Virus record (IMG/VR): IMGVR_UViG_3300028380_000482
Location: 32,001-96,000 of that record
Length of the DNA: 64,000 nt
From: a virus
Taxonomy: Duplodnaviria; Caudoviricetes
Direction: 5' to 3' (one strand)
The translations under genes were made by a program, and so were the position numbers. This document shows, one piece after another, positions 48,173 to 58,736 of the stretch. The notes below the pieces were generated by a model. The model saw only the letters and a list, made by a program, of their open reading frames with translations, did not search any database and was not told where the DNA came from. Position 1 is the first letter of the stretch; each line of letters starts with the position of its first letter.

Positions 48173-48955
48173 CTATGCGATAGTCCGAAAGCCCGTATCA
48201 ATTTCCTGACTAATTCCCTGCCGTGAGATCGACACGCCCCGGTTCCGTTCCCACAAGTACACTTCCGAAGAGTCATCCAAATTGAAATAGGCCAGAATCC
48301 GCTCAGACGGACGAATGAGCCGCAGCCGATGCCACTGCGCGGATTGGGTCGTGCGAAACCGCTGGCGTGGGGCGAGGGTCTTATAACGAATCCCTGCCGG
48401 ATAGCCTTCGGTCCAGTCTTTCCCTTCGACACGGTACTCGGGGTCAACGTAGTCTTCAGTCAGCGGAGCAAAGAAGTTGTGGCTCATGGTGACAATCGAG
48501 TTCCCCCATGCGGCGAGACCAATGCGAAAATACGGAGCGCCGTCGGTGGTCGATTGGGCGGGAATCTCGAAACGCCCGACGCTGCCACTGTAGGCCGTGG
48601 GCAGAAAGAACTTGTAGTAGCCTTCCGGGTCCTGCAAATCCTGGGTGATGGTCCGCATCGTAAAGGACGGGCTGCCGGTCATGATGTCGGTAAACGTCGT
48701 GCCATTGCCGATCCCAATACCGAGCGTGGTGAAGTTGGCGTTCAGAATCGCGACCCAGGTTCCCGAGCGCACCCCACCGAAGGCGAAGTTGATGGCATTC
48801 GGAGTGATGCCACCCGCACGCCATGCTCGCACGAGCGGGCGCGTCCCGTTCCAATCGCCCATCAACGTCGGTGGAAATCCGGTGAACGAACCTGCCGCCG
48901 TTGGTGTGTAGGAGAAGAAGTTATTGGTGGTAATGTACTGGAAGGGACCGGCCAT
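48173..48955 (-). CDS. Putative distal tail protein
   Basis: Immediately follows the tape measure gene. Confidence 0.55.
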   Translation of the reverse strand: MAGPFQYITTNNFFSYTPTAAGSFTGFPPTLMGDWNGTRPLVRAWRAGGITPNAINFAFGGVRSGTWVAILNANFTTLGIGIGNGTTFTDIMTGSPSFTMRTITQDLQDPEGYYKFFLPTAYSGSVGRFEIPAQSTTDGAPYFRIGLAAWGNSIVTMSHNFFAPLTEDYVDPEYRVEGKDWTEGYPAGIRYKTLAPRQRFRTTQSAQWHRLRLIRPSERILAYFNLDDSSEVYLWERNRGVSISRQGISQEIDTGFRTIA

Positions 48956-51900
48956 TATCCTTTCCCTCCCTGCTTCAGTGCGGCGCTGATCTTGCCACCC
49001 TTTTTCAAGTCGCTGACCACCATCTGAATAATGGCATTCTCTGTAACGTTGGTGTTCTGACTGACGGCCCCACCAACTTGCACGGGAACTGATACGTTGA
49101 CGGCAATAGCATTGGTCTGTCCTGCGGTCGTACCATTCCCACCCGTAGAGCCAAGCACGAATTTTTGTCCGCTCGGTCCGCCTGTGGTGCTTGGTCCGGT
49201 GGAGATAATGTCGGTGAGGAAGTTACCAATCACGCCAGTCAGGGTGTTGATGCTCAGGTCCAGCCGCCCCAGCACGTCAATTTGCTCTTGGGTCAGTTCA
49301 GCCTCGCGCAAAGCGCGGTCTCGCTGATCGGCAAGAATCTGATCTTCGATGACGGCGAGATTGCGGATTTCGTCGGCGGCCTCGATCCGCAGTTTGTTAA
49401 TTTCAATCGTGGTTGCGGCGGTAGCAGCTTGGACGGCGGCTTGCTCTTGCTGTGACAGGGCATCGGCTTGGGCTTGAAAGGCCAGTTGTGCAGCGGCGGC
49501 CTCAGCTCGTTCCTGTTCGATCCGGGCATCAATTGACAACAAGGCTGCCGCACTTTGGACGGTCGTATCGGCAATTTGTTGCTGGATAGCTTCGACCCGG
49601 CTCCCTGCTTCTGTGGCCTGCGCCCGTGCCTTCTCCAATTCTCCGACCACGGAGTTGAAAAGATTATTGAACGCGGTCGGGTCCAAGAATCCTTTGCCAA
49701 CATCGAGCTGCTGCGTGAGATTGCGCGAGAGTTGTTGGAGCAAGTCTGGGAGTTGTTCTGGCGTGGCTCCGGCGATCCGCCCCCGAATGCCCGAGGCTTG
49801 CTGTTGCAAGAATCCGAGCTGCTCAGGCTTCGATAAATTGGACGAGGATTGCACGAGCCCGGTAATGGTCTGATTGAGGTCCTCCGCCACACGCCGGAAC
49901 TCTTGGGCGAGTTGTAACTCTTCTTGGAGGGCGTCGATCCGCGCTTGGAAGAGTTCTTGTACTTGGTCTTTCTCATTTTGGAGAGCATTGATACGCTGTT
50001 CACTAGCCGCCCGCGCGGCTTCCGCTTCTTTCTGGAGCGATTGCCGTTTGGCATCGAACTCCGCGTTGATGTCGCGAATCCGGTTTTGCAGTGCGTTCTG
50101 GGCTTCCTGCTCCTGGGCTTGAAACAGTTCGACCGTAGCCTGTCGGAGAGAACGAACAGCCTCGCGTCCTTGTGCTAACTCCGCGTCCGTAAACGTGGTC
50201 CGGGTACTCGCCCCTAATCCCGAGAGCACCCCCTGTTGCCCGGCAATCCTCCCCCGCGCCGCCTCGACCGGCGAAATTGCGCCGATGGATTGCAAGTCGC
50301 CGATCACATTGAACCGGAGATCGATCCGCTGTTGGGAAATATCACGGATAGTGTCAAAGAGGTCGGTCGCTTTCTCGGTCGCGTCGGCGGCGGCGTCTGC
50401 CACTTGTCCGAAGGCATCCCGAATCTCGCCAACCGCTCCAGCGGCAGCTTCCGCTCGTTCTTTGAGCTTGGTAGCTTCGCCTTCATCGATCCCGTTACTG
50501 AGGTCAATCCCTTCGAACAGTTGGTTCTCGATAAAGTCCTTGAGAAAGCGATCAATCGCCAAGTCAACAAACCCATCCCGAATCTGCTCTGCTAAGAGCT
50601 TGCCGACATCCTCCCCCGGCTTCGCGGCCTTCACGACATCGACGAAACTACTTGTGATGACATCAAAAATATCAGTCACCTCTTGTAGGTCTCGCTGGAA
50701 TTTCTCCACATCGAAAATCCCGGCCTCATTGAAGGAACGGAGTGTGATCGCGGCAACGTTGATGGCAGCCGGTAAATCTTGATTGAAAATATCGACCGTT
50801 CCTTGGATGGCATCCTGGTAGAATTCAATGCCAATCAAGTTGTCTTCGAACAAGCTGTTGAGTTTGGTGGCGAGTTCGGCAAACGAGAGTCCAGCTTTTT
50901 GGACCGTCTCTTGAATGGCGCCGCCAATTTTTTCGGGGTCTACTCCGAGGTTATCTAACAACAAGTTACCAAAGGTGGTCCCGGTCTGCTCAATCGATTT
51001 GCCCAATTTTTTGGCCTGATCCGCCGTCAGCGCGGCCCCCAGTGCTTGGAGTTGTTTGGAGAGTTCCGGCCCGATCTTGTCTTCGAGCACGATCTTGGAG
51101 GCTTTCAAGAAATCCTGTCCGTCACTGCCCCCGAACATTTTCTGCGCGAGCTTCTTGGTTTCTTCGAAGAAGTATTCGCCGGAGTCAATTTCTGAGGCGA
51201 AGGTAACTTGAATGTCTTTAAGGAGGTCCTTTACGCCCTTGCGGATTTCGGTCCCCTTACTGGGCGTGGACTTGAACAGCCCGCCGATGATGGAGCCAAA
51301 CAAACTCCCCACGCCACCACCAATGGCCGCGCCTAATGCCGTCCCCCCAGGACCAAAGAATGAGCCGATGATACCGCCGCCGATGGCTCCCACGGTGCCA
51401 CCGATCGTTCCCCCAAGCCCAGCCTGTTTACTGCCACCGAGCCCAAGCGCCCCCGCAAGCCCTTTCCCTAATCCGATCCCAGCAGCCCCTCCGGCTGCGG
51501 CCCCGAAGATTTCCCCGAACGAGGTCCCAGCGGTAGCGGCACTTGCTTGTGAAGAGGCCAGCGGCGCACTCCCAGCAGCAAACACTTCGTCTGAGATTTG
51601 CGTGAATCCCCCTTGAAATCCGGTCCCAAATACCTCCCCGAAGTTTTGCCCTTGAGTGAACACCAGCCCTTCCGTCCCACCGCCACCTCCTGCTCCGCCG
51701 AAGAGATTGCTAAAGAGTCCCTGTCCCCCTTGTCCGATGAGACTACTCAGAATGCCGTTGCCACCGAACAGATCACTGACGTTCTCGATAATCGGCTTGT
51801 CGAATCCTTCCTCTTTACCGACCAATAACTGCGAAAAGAACCGCGTTGAAATGGATTGGCCGAGGTCATCGAAGATGGCGCCGAGTTTCTGCCCTCCTTC

Positions 51901-54900
51901 GGCAATGCCGCTGGCGAAGTCGGTAAAGAAGTCACGAATAGTGCCAGTGCTGACGAGCGCCCGTTCGGCCTGTTGTTTCTGCAAATCGAGAATGGTCTGC
52001 TGGGCTTTGATCCCTTCCACAGCAGCAGCGCTCTGCGCGCCAGCGAGGGTCGTTTGCGCGCCGGTTAAGGCAGCAACGGCATTTTGTTCTTCGAGGAGAA
52101 GTGTGTTGAGCTGTCCTTGCAACTCAATCGTTTCCCCCGTCGCGGCAATCTGATCTCGTATCTGCGCTTGTCGGGCTTGGACGGTAGAGAGCTGTTGTTG
52201 CGCGAGTCTGACGGCGTTCTCTGCGGCCCGGATGTCGGCTTGCGCCCGCTCTTTGGCGAGGGCAATGAGCCGATTCTGCGCGGCGCTCAGGGTCTCGAAC
52301 GAGGCCCCTTGGGCTTTCAGTAAGTTCAGTTGTTCTTCTTCGAGCGCGATGCGATTATCGAGTCCGGTTTGCGCTTGTTGTTGTTGGGCTTGTTCGACAG
52401 CGGCGGTCGCTGCCCGGACCGCTTCAATCTGTTGCGTTTGTTTGAGTTGGGTCTGAAAGTTCTCTTGCTGTTGTTTCAGAACTTCCTGTTCGCCATTGAT
52501 TCGGGCGATCACACTCTTACTTTGTTCACTGGTAATCTCAGCCCCTAATGCCTGCACTTTTGCCTGTGATTGCGCCAGTTCAGTATTCTGTTGGGTGATC
52601 CCCTGCGTAATTTTCGCAAGATTCGCGGCCTGGGTCAGAGCTTCGCCTTGATTCCCCTGGGCAATCGGACGACGACGTTCTTCTTCCGCCACCCGCTGAA
52701 GCAGAGAAATGGAGTTTCGCAAAATCTCTTGTCGTGCCCGTTCGGCGCTAATTTGCGCTTGTACCGACCCCACGCGGGCCTGCCCGACCGTCTGTTCTTG
52801 TTGCGCGGCCTGTTGCGTGAGCGTAGCCCGTTTGTCTTCGACATTGGCCAACCCCGCAAGGGCTTGGATTTGCGTATTGGTCAATGCCAGTGCGGCTTCA
52901 GCAGACGAGAGCCGCCGCCGTGCTTCCGCCTCAGCCGCTTGGGCACGGGTTTCGGCTTGAGCTTGCGAGGCTTGAGTGATTCGTTGCTCAGCACTGAGCT
53001 TGATTTCGACAATCTTGCCCGTAATGGCCGTTTGCTGATTCAAAAACTTCTCTTCAATCGCCGCGCGTTGATCGACGTTCGTGACCGTCGCGAGTTCCGT
53101 CCGTCGCGCCGCCTCGATGCGGGAGAGGGCGGCATCCTGAAAAGCAGACGCATTCCCAGTTGCAGCGGCGCCTTCTTCGATCAGTGCCGCACTCGATTGC
53201 GCTGCTGCGAGCTGCGCCGCCCGGATGGCTTTGGCTAACTCTGGACTAATCTCAACAGTCTTCTGCGCTTCGACGTTATACTGAGCGGCGGCCTGCGCGA
53301 GCCCGAGCATCGCACCCGCCGCAAGACTGAGATTCGACGGGAGGTTTTTCGCCGCGCTCGCAGTGTCAGTCAGTGACCGCGCCACCGAGGCAAACTGTCC
53401 GCTTGCCCGTTCCGCAGCAGTCGCCCCGACACCAAACTGCGAGGTAAATTCTTGCGTGGCGTCGGCACTGTCTTTGAGTGCGCGGGTCAGATTCTGACGG
53501 AGGACGAGGGCAGACTTTGCGAATGTGTCTGCCGTTTTATCTGCCCCGACCAAGTTCGCCGCGAGTTCGGCAACGTCAGTCGCTCCGGCGGCAGCTCCTG
53601 TGGCCAGCGTTTGCACACCAGTTTCAACGATCTTGAGTTCCGTCCCCACACTAGAGAGCACGTCTCGGAAGAAACTGTAGACTTTAATCGCATCCTGAGC
53701 CGCCGCAGCAGCTTGTGAGGTTTGCTGGGTCGCCGCACCAGCGCCACTGCCTGCCCCAATTTCCACTCCGGCCTGAGTTTGCGGGAGCTTAATCTGCGGA
53801 AGAATTTCTTTCGTGTTATTGAGTTGCCGGTTGACTTCGAGGAGAAATTCCAACACTCCCTGGAGCGCATCTTTGAGCAGGTCAAACGGCGCCTGAAAAG
53901 CCCGGCCTAAGAGTTGACCGCTAATATCGGCGATCGATGAGGTCAGTCCGTTAAAACTGTTTTGGACCGCAGTGCCTGCCAGTGCAAATGCGGAGAGCCG
54001 CTCATTGATAAACTCAAACAGGCGCCCTTGTTCACGCGCGGCAACGACCTCGCGTTGGCGGATTTGCAGGGCGTTGGCCAATCGAGCATTCTGGTCAATC
54101 TGCCCATCGGCAATAGCACGGACTTCCTGGCTCACTTGGCGCAGCGGAATCCCGATCGCGGTAGCTGCCTGGACAATGAGGGTCGTTGCCTGTTGCGCTT
54201 CTTTGAGGGACAGACCAGCCGCCGTCAGTGGCCCTTTCGCTTGTTGAAACGCATCCACGAGCTGCTCTGTGGTGGCGACCGTTTCGAGGGCGTCTTTTTG
54301 AATATCCTTGATAATCCCCGACGCAACTTGCTGCGCAGCGGCAAACTTCTCTGCGCCTTCGACCGTCCGCCCCTGACTATCGACAATCTTATCTTGCGCG
54401 GCGACTAGCGAGGCGAGCCCAATCCGTTGCTGCTCAAGGGTGGCGTTATAGCGAATACCCTCTTGCGCGATAGCTTTCACGCCATTCAGGAGTCCGGTGA
54501 CCGCCGTTGCCGCCGTGATGCCGGTAAACACCCCAAAGGCTTGTTGCAGGATGGGACCAAGGCCACTCGCCGCGACCCCGGTTTGTTGGGTCGCGTTGCG
54601 AACTTCCTGCAACGATTGGGCGTTCTTGGCGAATTCCTGCCGTGCAGTCGAGAGTTGTTGGGCGAGCTGGCGATTACCGGTTGCAGCAAACAACGCGGCT
54701 TCGCCGACGCGCCGTTCCGCCTCGGCTAACGAAATCGCCCCTTGCTTGGCTTGCTCTTGAATAGCGATCTGTTGACGGAGAAGACTCAATTCTCCGAATC
54801 CGCCCGTAGCACCTTGCGCTTGCGCGGATCGGAGGCGGCGTAAGGTCTCGGCAATCTTCTCAACGTCGGAGACCGTCCGCTCCGCAGCGTCCCCCATCGC

Positions 54901-54972
54901 ATCGGTCGCACGAACGAACTCATTGGCTCCTTGGGTTGCGCCGCTGGCATCGATGGAGACATTCAAGGCCAT
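48955..54972 (-). CDS. Tail tape measure protein
   Basis: 2005 aa, Ala/Gln-rich helical, Gly-rich hydrophobic segment, follows the tail chaperones. Confidence 0.93.
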   Translation of the reverse strand: MALNVSIDASGATQGANEFVRATDAMGDAAERTVSDVEKIAETLRRLRSAQAQGATGGFGELSLLRQQIAIQEQAKQGAISLAEAERRVGEAALFAATGNRQLAQQLSTARQEFAKNAQSLQEVRNATQQTGVAASGLGPILQQAFGVFTGITAATAVTGLLNGVKAIAQEGIRYNATLEQQRIGLASLVAAQDKIVDSQGRTVEGAEKFAAAQQVASGIIKDIQKDALETVATTEQLVDAFQQAKGPLTAAGLSLKEAQQATTLIVQAATAIGIPLRQVSQEVRAIADGQIDQNARLANALQIRQREVVAAREQGRLFEFINERLSAFALAGTAVQNSFNGLTSSIADISGQLLGRAFQAPFDLLKDALQGVLEFLLEVNRQLNNTKEILPQIKLPQTQAGVEIGAGSGAGAATQQTSQAAAAAQDAIKVYSFFRDVLSSVGTELKIVETGVQTLATGAAAGATDVAELAANLVGADKTADTFAKSALVLRQNLTRALKDSADATQEFTSQFGVGATAAERASGQFASVARSLTDTASAAKNLPSNLSLAAGAMLGLAQAAAQYNVEAQKTVEISPELAKAIRAAQLAAAQSSAALIEEGAAATGNASAFQDAALSRIEAARRTELATVTNVDQRAAIEEKFLNQQTAITGKIVEIKLSAEQRITQASQAQAETRAQAAEAEARRRLSSAEAALALTNTQIQALAGLANVEDKRATLTQQAAQQEQTVGQARVGSVQAQISAERARQEILRNSISLLQRVAEEERRRPIAQGNQGEALTQAANLAKITQGITQQNTELAQSQAKVQALGAEITSEQSKSVIARINGEQEVLKQQQENFQTQLKQTQQIEAVRAATAAVEQAQQQQAQTGLDNRIALEEEQLNLLKAQGASFETLSAAQNRLIALAKERAQADIRAAENAVRLAQQQLSTVQARQAQIRDQIAATGETIELQGQLNTLLLEEQNAVAALTGAQTTLAGAQSAAAVEGIKAQQTILDLQKQQAERALVSTGTIRDFFTDFASGIAEGGQKLGAIFDDLGQSISTRFFSQLLVGKEEGFDKPIIENVSDLFGGNGILSSLIGQGGQGLFSNLFGGAGGGGGTEGLVFTQGQNFGEVFGTGFQGGFTQISDEVFAAGSAPLASSQASAATAGTSFGEIFGAAAGGAAGIGLGKGLAGALGLGGSKQAGLGGTIGGTVGAIGGGIIGSFFGPGGTALGAAIGGGVGSLFGSIIGGLFKSTPSKGTEIRKGVKDLLKDIQVTFASEIDSGEYFFEETKKLAQKMFGGSDGQDFLKASKIVLEDKIGPELSKQLQALGAALTADQAKKLGKSIEQTGTTFGNLLLDNLGVDPEKIGGAIQETVQKAGLSFAELATKLNSLFEDNLIGIEFYQDAIQGTVDIFNQDLPAAINVAAITLRSFNEAGIFDVEKFQRDLQEVTDIFDVITSSFVDVVKAAKPGEDVGKLLAEQIRDGFVDLAIDRFLKDFIENQLFEGIDLSNGIDEGEATKLKERAEAAAGAVGEIRDAFGQVADAAADATEKATDLFDTIRDISQQRIDLRFNVIGDLQSIGAISPVEAARGRIAGQQGVLSGLGASTRTTFTDAELAQGREAVRSLRQATVELFQAQEQEAQNALQNRIRDINAEFDAKRQSLQKEAEAARAASEQRINALQNEKDQVQELFQARIDALQEELQLAQEFRRVAEDLNQTITGLVQSSSNLSKPEQLGFLQQQASGIRGRIAGATPEQLPDLLQQLSRNLTQQLDVGKGFLDPTAFNNLFNSVVGELEKARAQATEAGSRVEAIQQQIADTTVQSAAALLSIDARIEQERAEAAAAQLAFQAQADALSQQEQAAVQAATAATTIEINKLRIEAADEIRNLAVIEDQILADQRDRALREAELTQEQIDVLGRLDLSINTLTGVIGNFLTDIISTGPSTTGGPSGQKFVLGSTGGNGTTAGQTNAIAVNVSVPVQVGGAVSQNTNVTENAIIQMVVSDLKKGGKISAALKQGGKG

Positions 54973-55427
54973 CAGCTAATGACCCCCCTCGGCTCAGGCT
55001 TCGCCAATTCCGATGGCTGCTCTTTCAGTTCTTTTTCTTCATCCTGGCGCTTGTGAACGAGCGAGACAAATTCAATATCGAGCCCCCGTACACAGTGCAG
55101 CAGCCAATCCCGATGGGCAAAGTTATGCATCCCGAGATGATTGCGGAGATAGCCAATGATCGCCGACGTCGGAATCGCGCCGATGCTGAACCCCGTCTGC
55201 CGGTCAGCTTGCAGCATCCAGAACGTGTCCCACGGCAACTGGAGGTGGGGCGGGAGCCGGGGTTGGTCGATCAGCGGTTGCACGTCATGCGGCATCGTCT
55301 CTCCGGTCGGGTCATCCTCTAGCGCTTCCAGAATGTAGCCTTGGAAATCTTCGATGATGGGACGGTCGGTGTCCTTATGCTGTACCTTCCAGTGATAGTG
55401 CCATTGGAGGTACTCGGTTAGTTTTTT
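54972..55427 (-). CDS. Frameshift extension of the tail assembly chaperone (gpGT-like)
   Basis: The -1 frame is open from the slippery site through MPHDVQP... to 54972. Confidence 0.8.
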   Translation of the reverse strand, partial: KKLTEYLQWHYHWKVQHKDTDRPIIEDFQGYILEALEDDPTGETMPHDVQPLIDQPRLPPHLQLPWDTFWMLQADRQTGFSIGAIPTSAIIGYLRNHLGMHNFAHRDWLLHCVRGLDIEFVSLVHKRQDEEKELKEQPSELAKPEPRGVIS

Positions 55428-55843
55428 AAGTCCGCCCTCAGTTGGGCTTTGCCAAACCGCGACTTGTCACGGGCAATACGAAAGATGGCATCCCGGAGCC
55501 GGTCGTAATTCGCCAGAATCCGCAGTGCCTCACTTTCCGAATACGGCACATCCACCCCGTTCTCTTGCAGCCCGCACCAGTCTTTGACGAGGTGTTTCGC
55601 CCCCGCCGTGTTCTCGATCGAGCGGGCAACTTTGGTCGGAAACTGTCCGCCGTTGGCGTCCGAGAGGTGCATCTTCTCCCGCATGATGTGGGTCAGAAAA
55701 TCTATGTACTTGGGGGAATCGGCAGAGGCGATTTGAAACCACGTGCCGGTGCGATGGCCGTTGTTCTCGGCATCTGCGGACATCGGCACCCACACGCCTT
55801 CTTCTTCGGCGAGTTGGTCACTGAGAAATTCGTTCAGATCCAT
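55418..55843 (-). CDS. Tail assembly chaperone (gpG-like)
   Basis: AGGAGG RBS; EEEGVWV...LVKDWCGL...VPYSESEA; ends in LKN on A AAA AAC. Confidence 0.85.
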   Translation of the reverse strand: MDLNEFLSDQLAEEEGVWVPMSADAENNGHRTGTWFQIASADSPKYIDFLTHIMREKMHLSDANGGQFPTKVARSIENTAGAKHLVKDWCGLQENGVDVPYSESEALRILANYDRLRDAIFRIARDKSRFGKAQLRADLKN

Positions 55844-55974
55844 GCGGGGGGTCCTCCTGATTAGCGTGCTCCTGTTCACGAAACCGTCATGAGTGAATAA
55901 AGTGGGCTGACGGACGACACAGGAGGTGAGACATCGCCGGTTCGGGTCGCGCACCCTAGCCAGCCCACAGCGCC

Positions 55975-57177
55975 TTACGCGTGAATTAAATCGACCTGAA
56001 ACATGCTGGCCGTGAGGTTATCGCGTACAGCGGTCCACGTGAGGTTTTGCAACACTGGCTGGTTCTGCCCTTGCTTCCGTAACTGCCCGGTCAAATACAT
56101 CGCCGGAGCGGTAAAGATCATGTAGTTGGGCGGCGTCGAGCCATCCTTAAACGGCAGTACCAGCGACGTGAGCGTGTGATTGAGCACCTTGCTCAGCATG
56201 GTCACGTCTTCAAAATACGCTTCGAACGGGCCGGTACAGGAGAACGTACCATCAATCAGCGCCGCTGCGGCTGCGTTGGCGATCGCTTCCGCTTCCGTCA
56301 CGTTACCGTTGACCGTGACGCCGATTTGCCGCAACCGGGTCAAGAGCGGCGTGTTCCCTTCGTACACAATCGGCACGTTACTCGTCGCGTTCAGCACGGG
56401 GGCGGTATCCGCCGCGACGATGGAGCCTGAGCCTTTCATCGAGGACGTTTGCGTGGTGACGTTATTGCCCAAGAACCGTGTCGTCCCGGTGAGCTTTTGC
56501 CGAGCTTGGGCGGTCATGGCAAATTCCACCGGGCGGAACCCGACGCCGCGCTGGTAAGTGGTGGTCAAATCGGAGAAATTCTCTTCGACGGAGAAGGACG
56601 TTTGCGTGGCGATCCCCGTCCGGGCCATCTTGCCTTTGAGCGTCACTGAGGGGCCAGCAGTCTGGGTCACAATCGTGGCGGCGCCACTCGCTTTGAAGAA
56701 CAAACCAAAGACAATCTTTCCAGCGACCACGCTGTCTACTTGCCCGGCTCCGTCATTGAGCCCGCCGGTCGTGCCGCTCACTCGTAGCCACTGCTTCACG
56801 ACAACGCCAGTTGCCAGAAGTCCGTTGGCGGAATCGTTCACTGAATTATCCACACTGGAAAAGGCGAGGGTCGTGCCGGTGAGGGTAACTGTCACCACCG
56901 CGCCGCAGAGGGTCGCGATGATAAAGTCGTCGAACGCCCCGCCTGCCGAGACTTCGTAGTTAATGGCGAAGTTAGCGGAGTAGCCGACCGGAATTTGATC
57001 GGTGACTAACCGAGACGCGTCGATTTCTTCCGACTGCACATTCTGTTCGGTCCGCACGAGACCGTCGCCGCCAGCGGTGAGACGGACGGTTTTAATGTTG
57101 GGGTTGGTCGGGGTGACCCCGTAGGTAGATTCTTGAATGTAGTAGGTGCCGACGCGACTACTGCTCGCTAAAGGCAT
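55975..57177 (-). CDS. Major tail tube protein
   Basis: ESTYGVTP...QSEEI..SR N-terminus; position before chaperones and TMP. Confidence 0.85.
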   Translation of the reverse strand: MPLASSSRVGTYYIQESTYGVTPTNPNIKTVRLTAGGDGLVRTEQNVQSEEIDASRLVTDQIPVGYSANFAINYEVSAGGAFDDFIIATLCGAVVTVTLTGTTLAFSSVDNSVNDSANGLLATGVVVKQWLRVSGTTGGLNDGAGQVDSVVAGKIVFGLFFKASGAATIVTQTAGPSVTLKGKMARTGIATQTSFSVEENFSDLTTTYQRGVGFRPVEFAMTAQARQKLTGTTRFLGNNVTTQTSSMKGSGSIVAADTAPVLNATSNVPIVYEGNTPLLTRLRQIGVTVNGNVTEAEAIANAAAAALIDGTFSCTGPFEAYFEDVTMLSKVLNHTLTSLVLPFKDGSTPPNYMIFTAPAMYLTGQLRKQGQNQPVLQNLTWTAVRDNLTASMFQVDLIHA

Positions 57178-57392
57178 AGGATTTTCTCCTCAAGTTATTC
57201 AGGGTTTAAGTGTCGGCATCTTTCGGTGGAACAAGGTAATACTTGCCGTCGTGATGTCTCCAGACCGTGCGATGGGCGCCGGTTCCCATGTGACGAACAA
57301 ACGAAGATCCATCATTCCATTCCTCGATAATTTCCCAGTACGGCCCGGTGAGCGTAGAATCTTCGATTGCCACATGATCACCTACCATCGCG

Positions 57393-57893
57393 CTACTCGA
57401 CGAGTCTCCGCTGTGTCGCCTTTTCGTTATCGACCCACGAGATGACATCGATCTTTGGCTCCCCTTGCTCGATGTCGTAGCGGGTGAATCCGTCTTCGGT
57501 GACCACGAGCCACACCCCGGTCCCTTGGTTCATCGACTCTTCCCGTTCGACATAGATCATGCTCTTGGGCACGTTGACGGCGGAGACAATCCAATCGTTG
57601 GCGTCCCACTCGATTTTGTCTCCTTGCCGGACGGGTTCAGTACGGCGAGGCTCGCCGATGGGTTGCGGTTCGGAACCTTCTTCCTCAGATTCTTCGTCCT
57701 CCTCATCCTCCTCCTCCGGTTCATCTTCTTCAGGCTCAGGGTCGGTGGGTTGCCGTCCAGCAGCTTTTGCTTGTTGGCGGCGCATTTTTTCGCGTTGCGC
57801 TTCCTCTAATTCTTCGGGTGTCAAATCAATTACGGACGGGCGCGGGTTTCTGACCCCTATCGGGGGTGTTGGTGTTTTTGGCGTATCGACCAT
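57393..57893 (-). CDS. Acidic low-complexity hypothetical protein
   Basis: AAGGAGG RBS before MVDTPK; poly-Glu/Asp tract. Confidence 0.6.
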   Translation of the reverse strand: MVDTPKTPTPPIGVRNPRPSVIDLTPEELEEAQREKMRRQQAKAAGRQPTDPEPEEDEPEEEDEEDEESEEEGSEPQPIGEPRRTEPVRQGDKIEWDANDWIVSAVNVPKSMIYVEREESMNQGTGVWLVVTEDGFTRYDIEQGEPKIDVISWVDNEKATQRRLVE

Positions 57894-57897
57894 CGGG

Positions 57898-58332
57898 CTA
57901 GCCTCCTTGGGCGTATTCGTCGCGCTGGTATTCAATCGTGACGTTGACCTGGTAGCGGTCGTTGCTCTGTCCGACCTCGATAATGTTTCCCGCCACACAC
58001 GCAAGCCGTTCGGTAGGGGAGATGGCAAAGGTTTTCACTCCTTTCCCAAACAACGCGAGCCACTGATCGGCCAGGGTCAGGATCGGCCCTCGGCCTCCGT
58101 TCCCAATCCCGAACACTTGCCCGGTAATGAAGCCGGGAAAGCGGTAGAGTTGGGTCTCCTGTACGTTGCCTGTGGTGATCGGCCCGCCCAGCGTATTCTC
58201 AAGCATGGTGAGGGCGACATGCGGAGCATTCGGTGGTTCAGCAAATGCAGTCCCCGGAAACTTGACGGGTGTTGCCGTCCAGTTGGCGAGGACAAAGGTT
58301 TCAATCGTGACCACCGCCTGGGGATAACTCAC
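57898..58332 (-). CDS. Tail terminator protein
   Basis: Size and position; GFITGQVF...G.G pattern. Confidence 0.7.
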   Translation of the reverse strand: MSYPQAVVTIETFVLANWTATPVKFPGTAFAEPPNAPHVALTMLENTLGGPITTGNVQETQLYRFPGFITGQVFGIGNGGRGPILTLADQWLALFGKGVKTFAISPTERLACVAGNIIEVGQSNDRYQVNVTIEYQRDEYAQGG

Positions 58333-58730
58333 AGCCCCTCCTCCGCTGCGACCTGCGCAAAGATCGTTTCGGCTTGGGCTTCCGTGGCCTGCACGGCTTG
58401 GGCAAGCAGGAGTTTAGGAGCAACGTAGCGCGTCCCGTACTCGATAAACTGGGCGTAGTTGGCACCGTTGGCGACATAGACGGGTGCGTAAGGATCATCG
58501 GGGAACACATTCGCAACCCCGGTAACGGTCCCAGTGGGAATATCGGTGGCCGGTTCCGGGGCAATATGCCATTGTGCACGCGAGAATCCCGTATCGACGG
58601 GCCAGGGTTCCACCACGGCACCAAGGACGTTCACCGCCAGGGCATTGCGCGCCACACCAGACACGCGCCGGACTTTGACGGTGTAGTTGGCAATCTCGGC
58701 TTTGAATGCAGGGAGGTTCGTGACTGGCAT
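58329..58730 (-). CDS. HK97 gp10-like neck protein
   Basis: PVDTGFSRAQW...NGANYAQFIEYGT. Confidence 0.85.
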   Translation of the reverse strand: MPVTNLPAFKAEIANYTVKVRRVSGVARNALAVNVLGAVVEPWPVDTGFSRAQWHIAPEPATDIPTGTVTGVANVFPDDPYAPVYVANGANYAQFIEYGTRYVAPKLLLAQAVQATEAQAETIFAQVAAEEGL

Positions 58731-58736
58731 ACGTTC

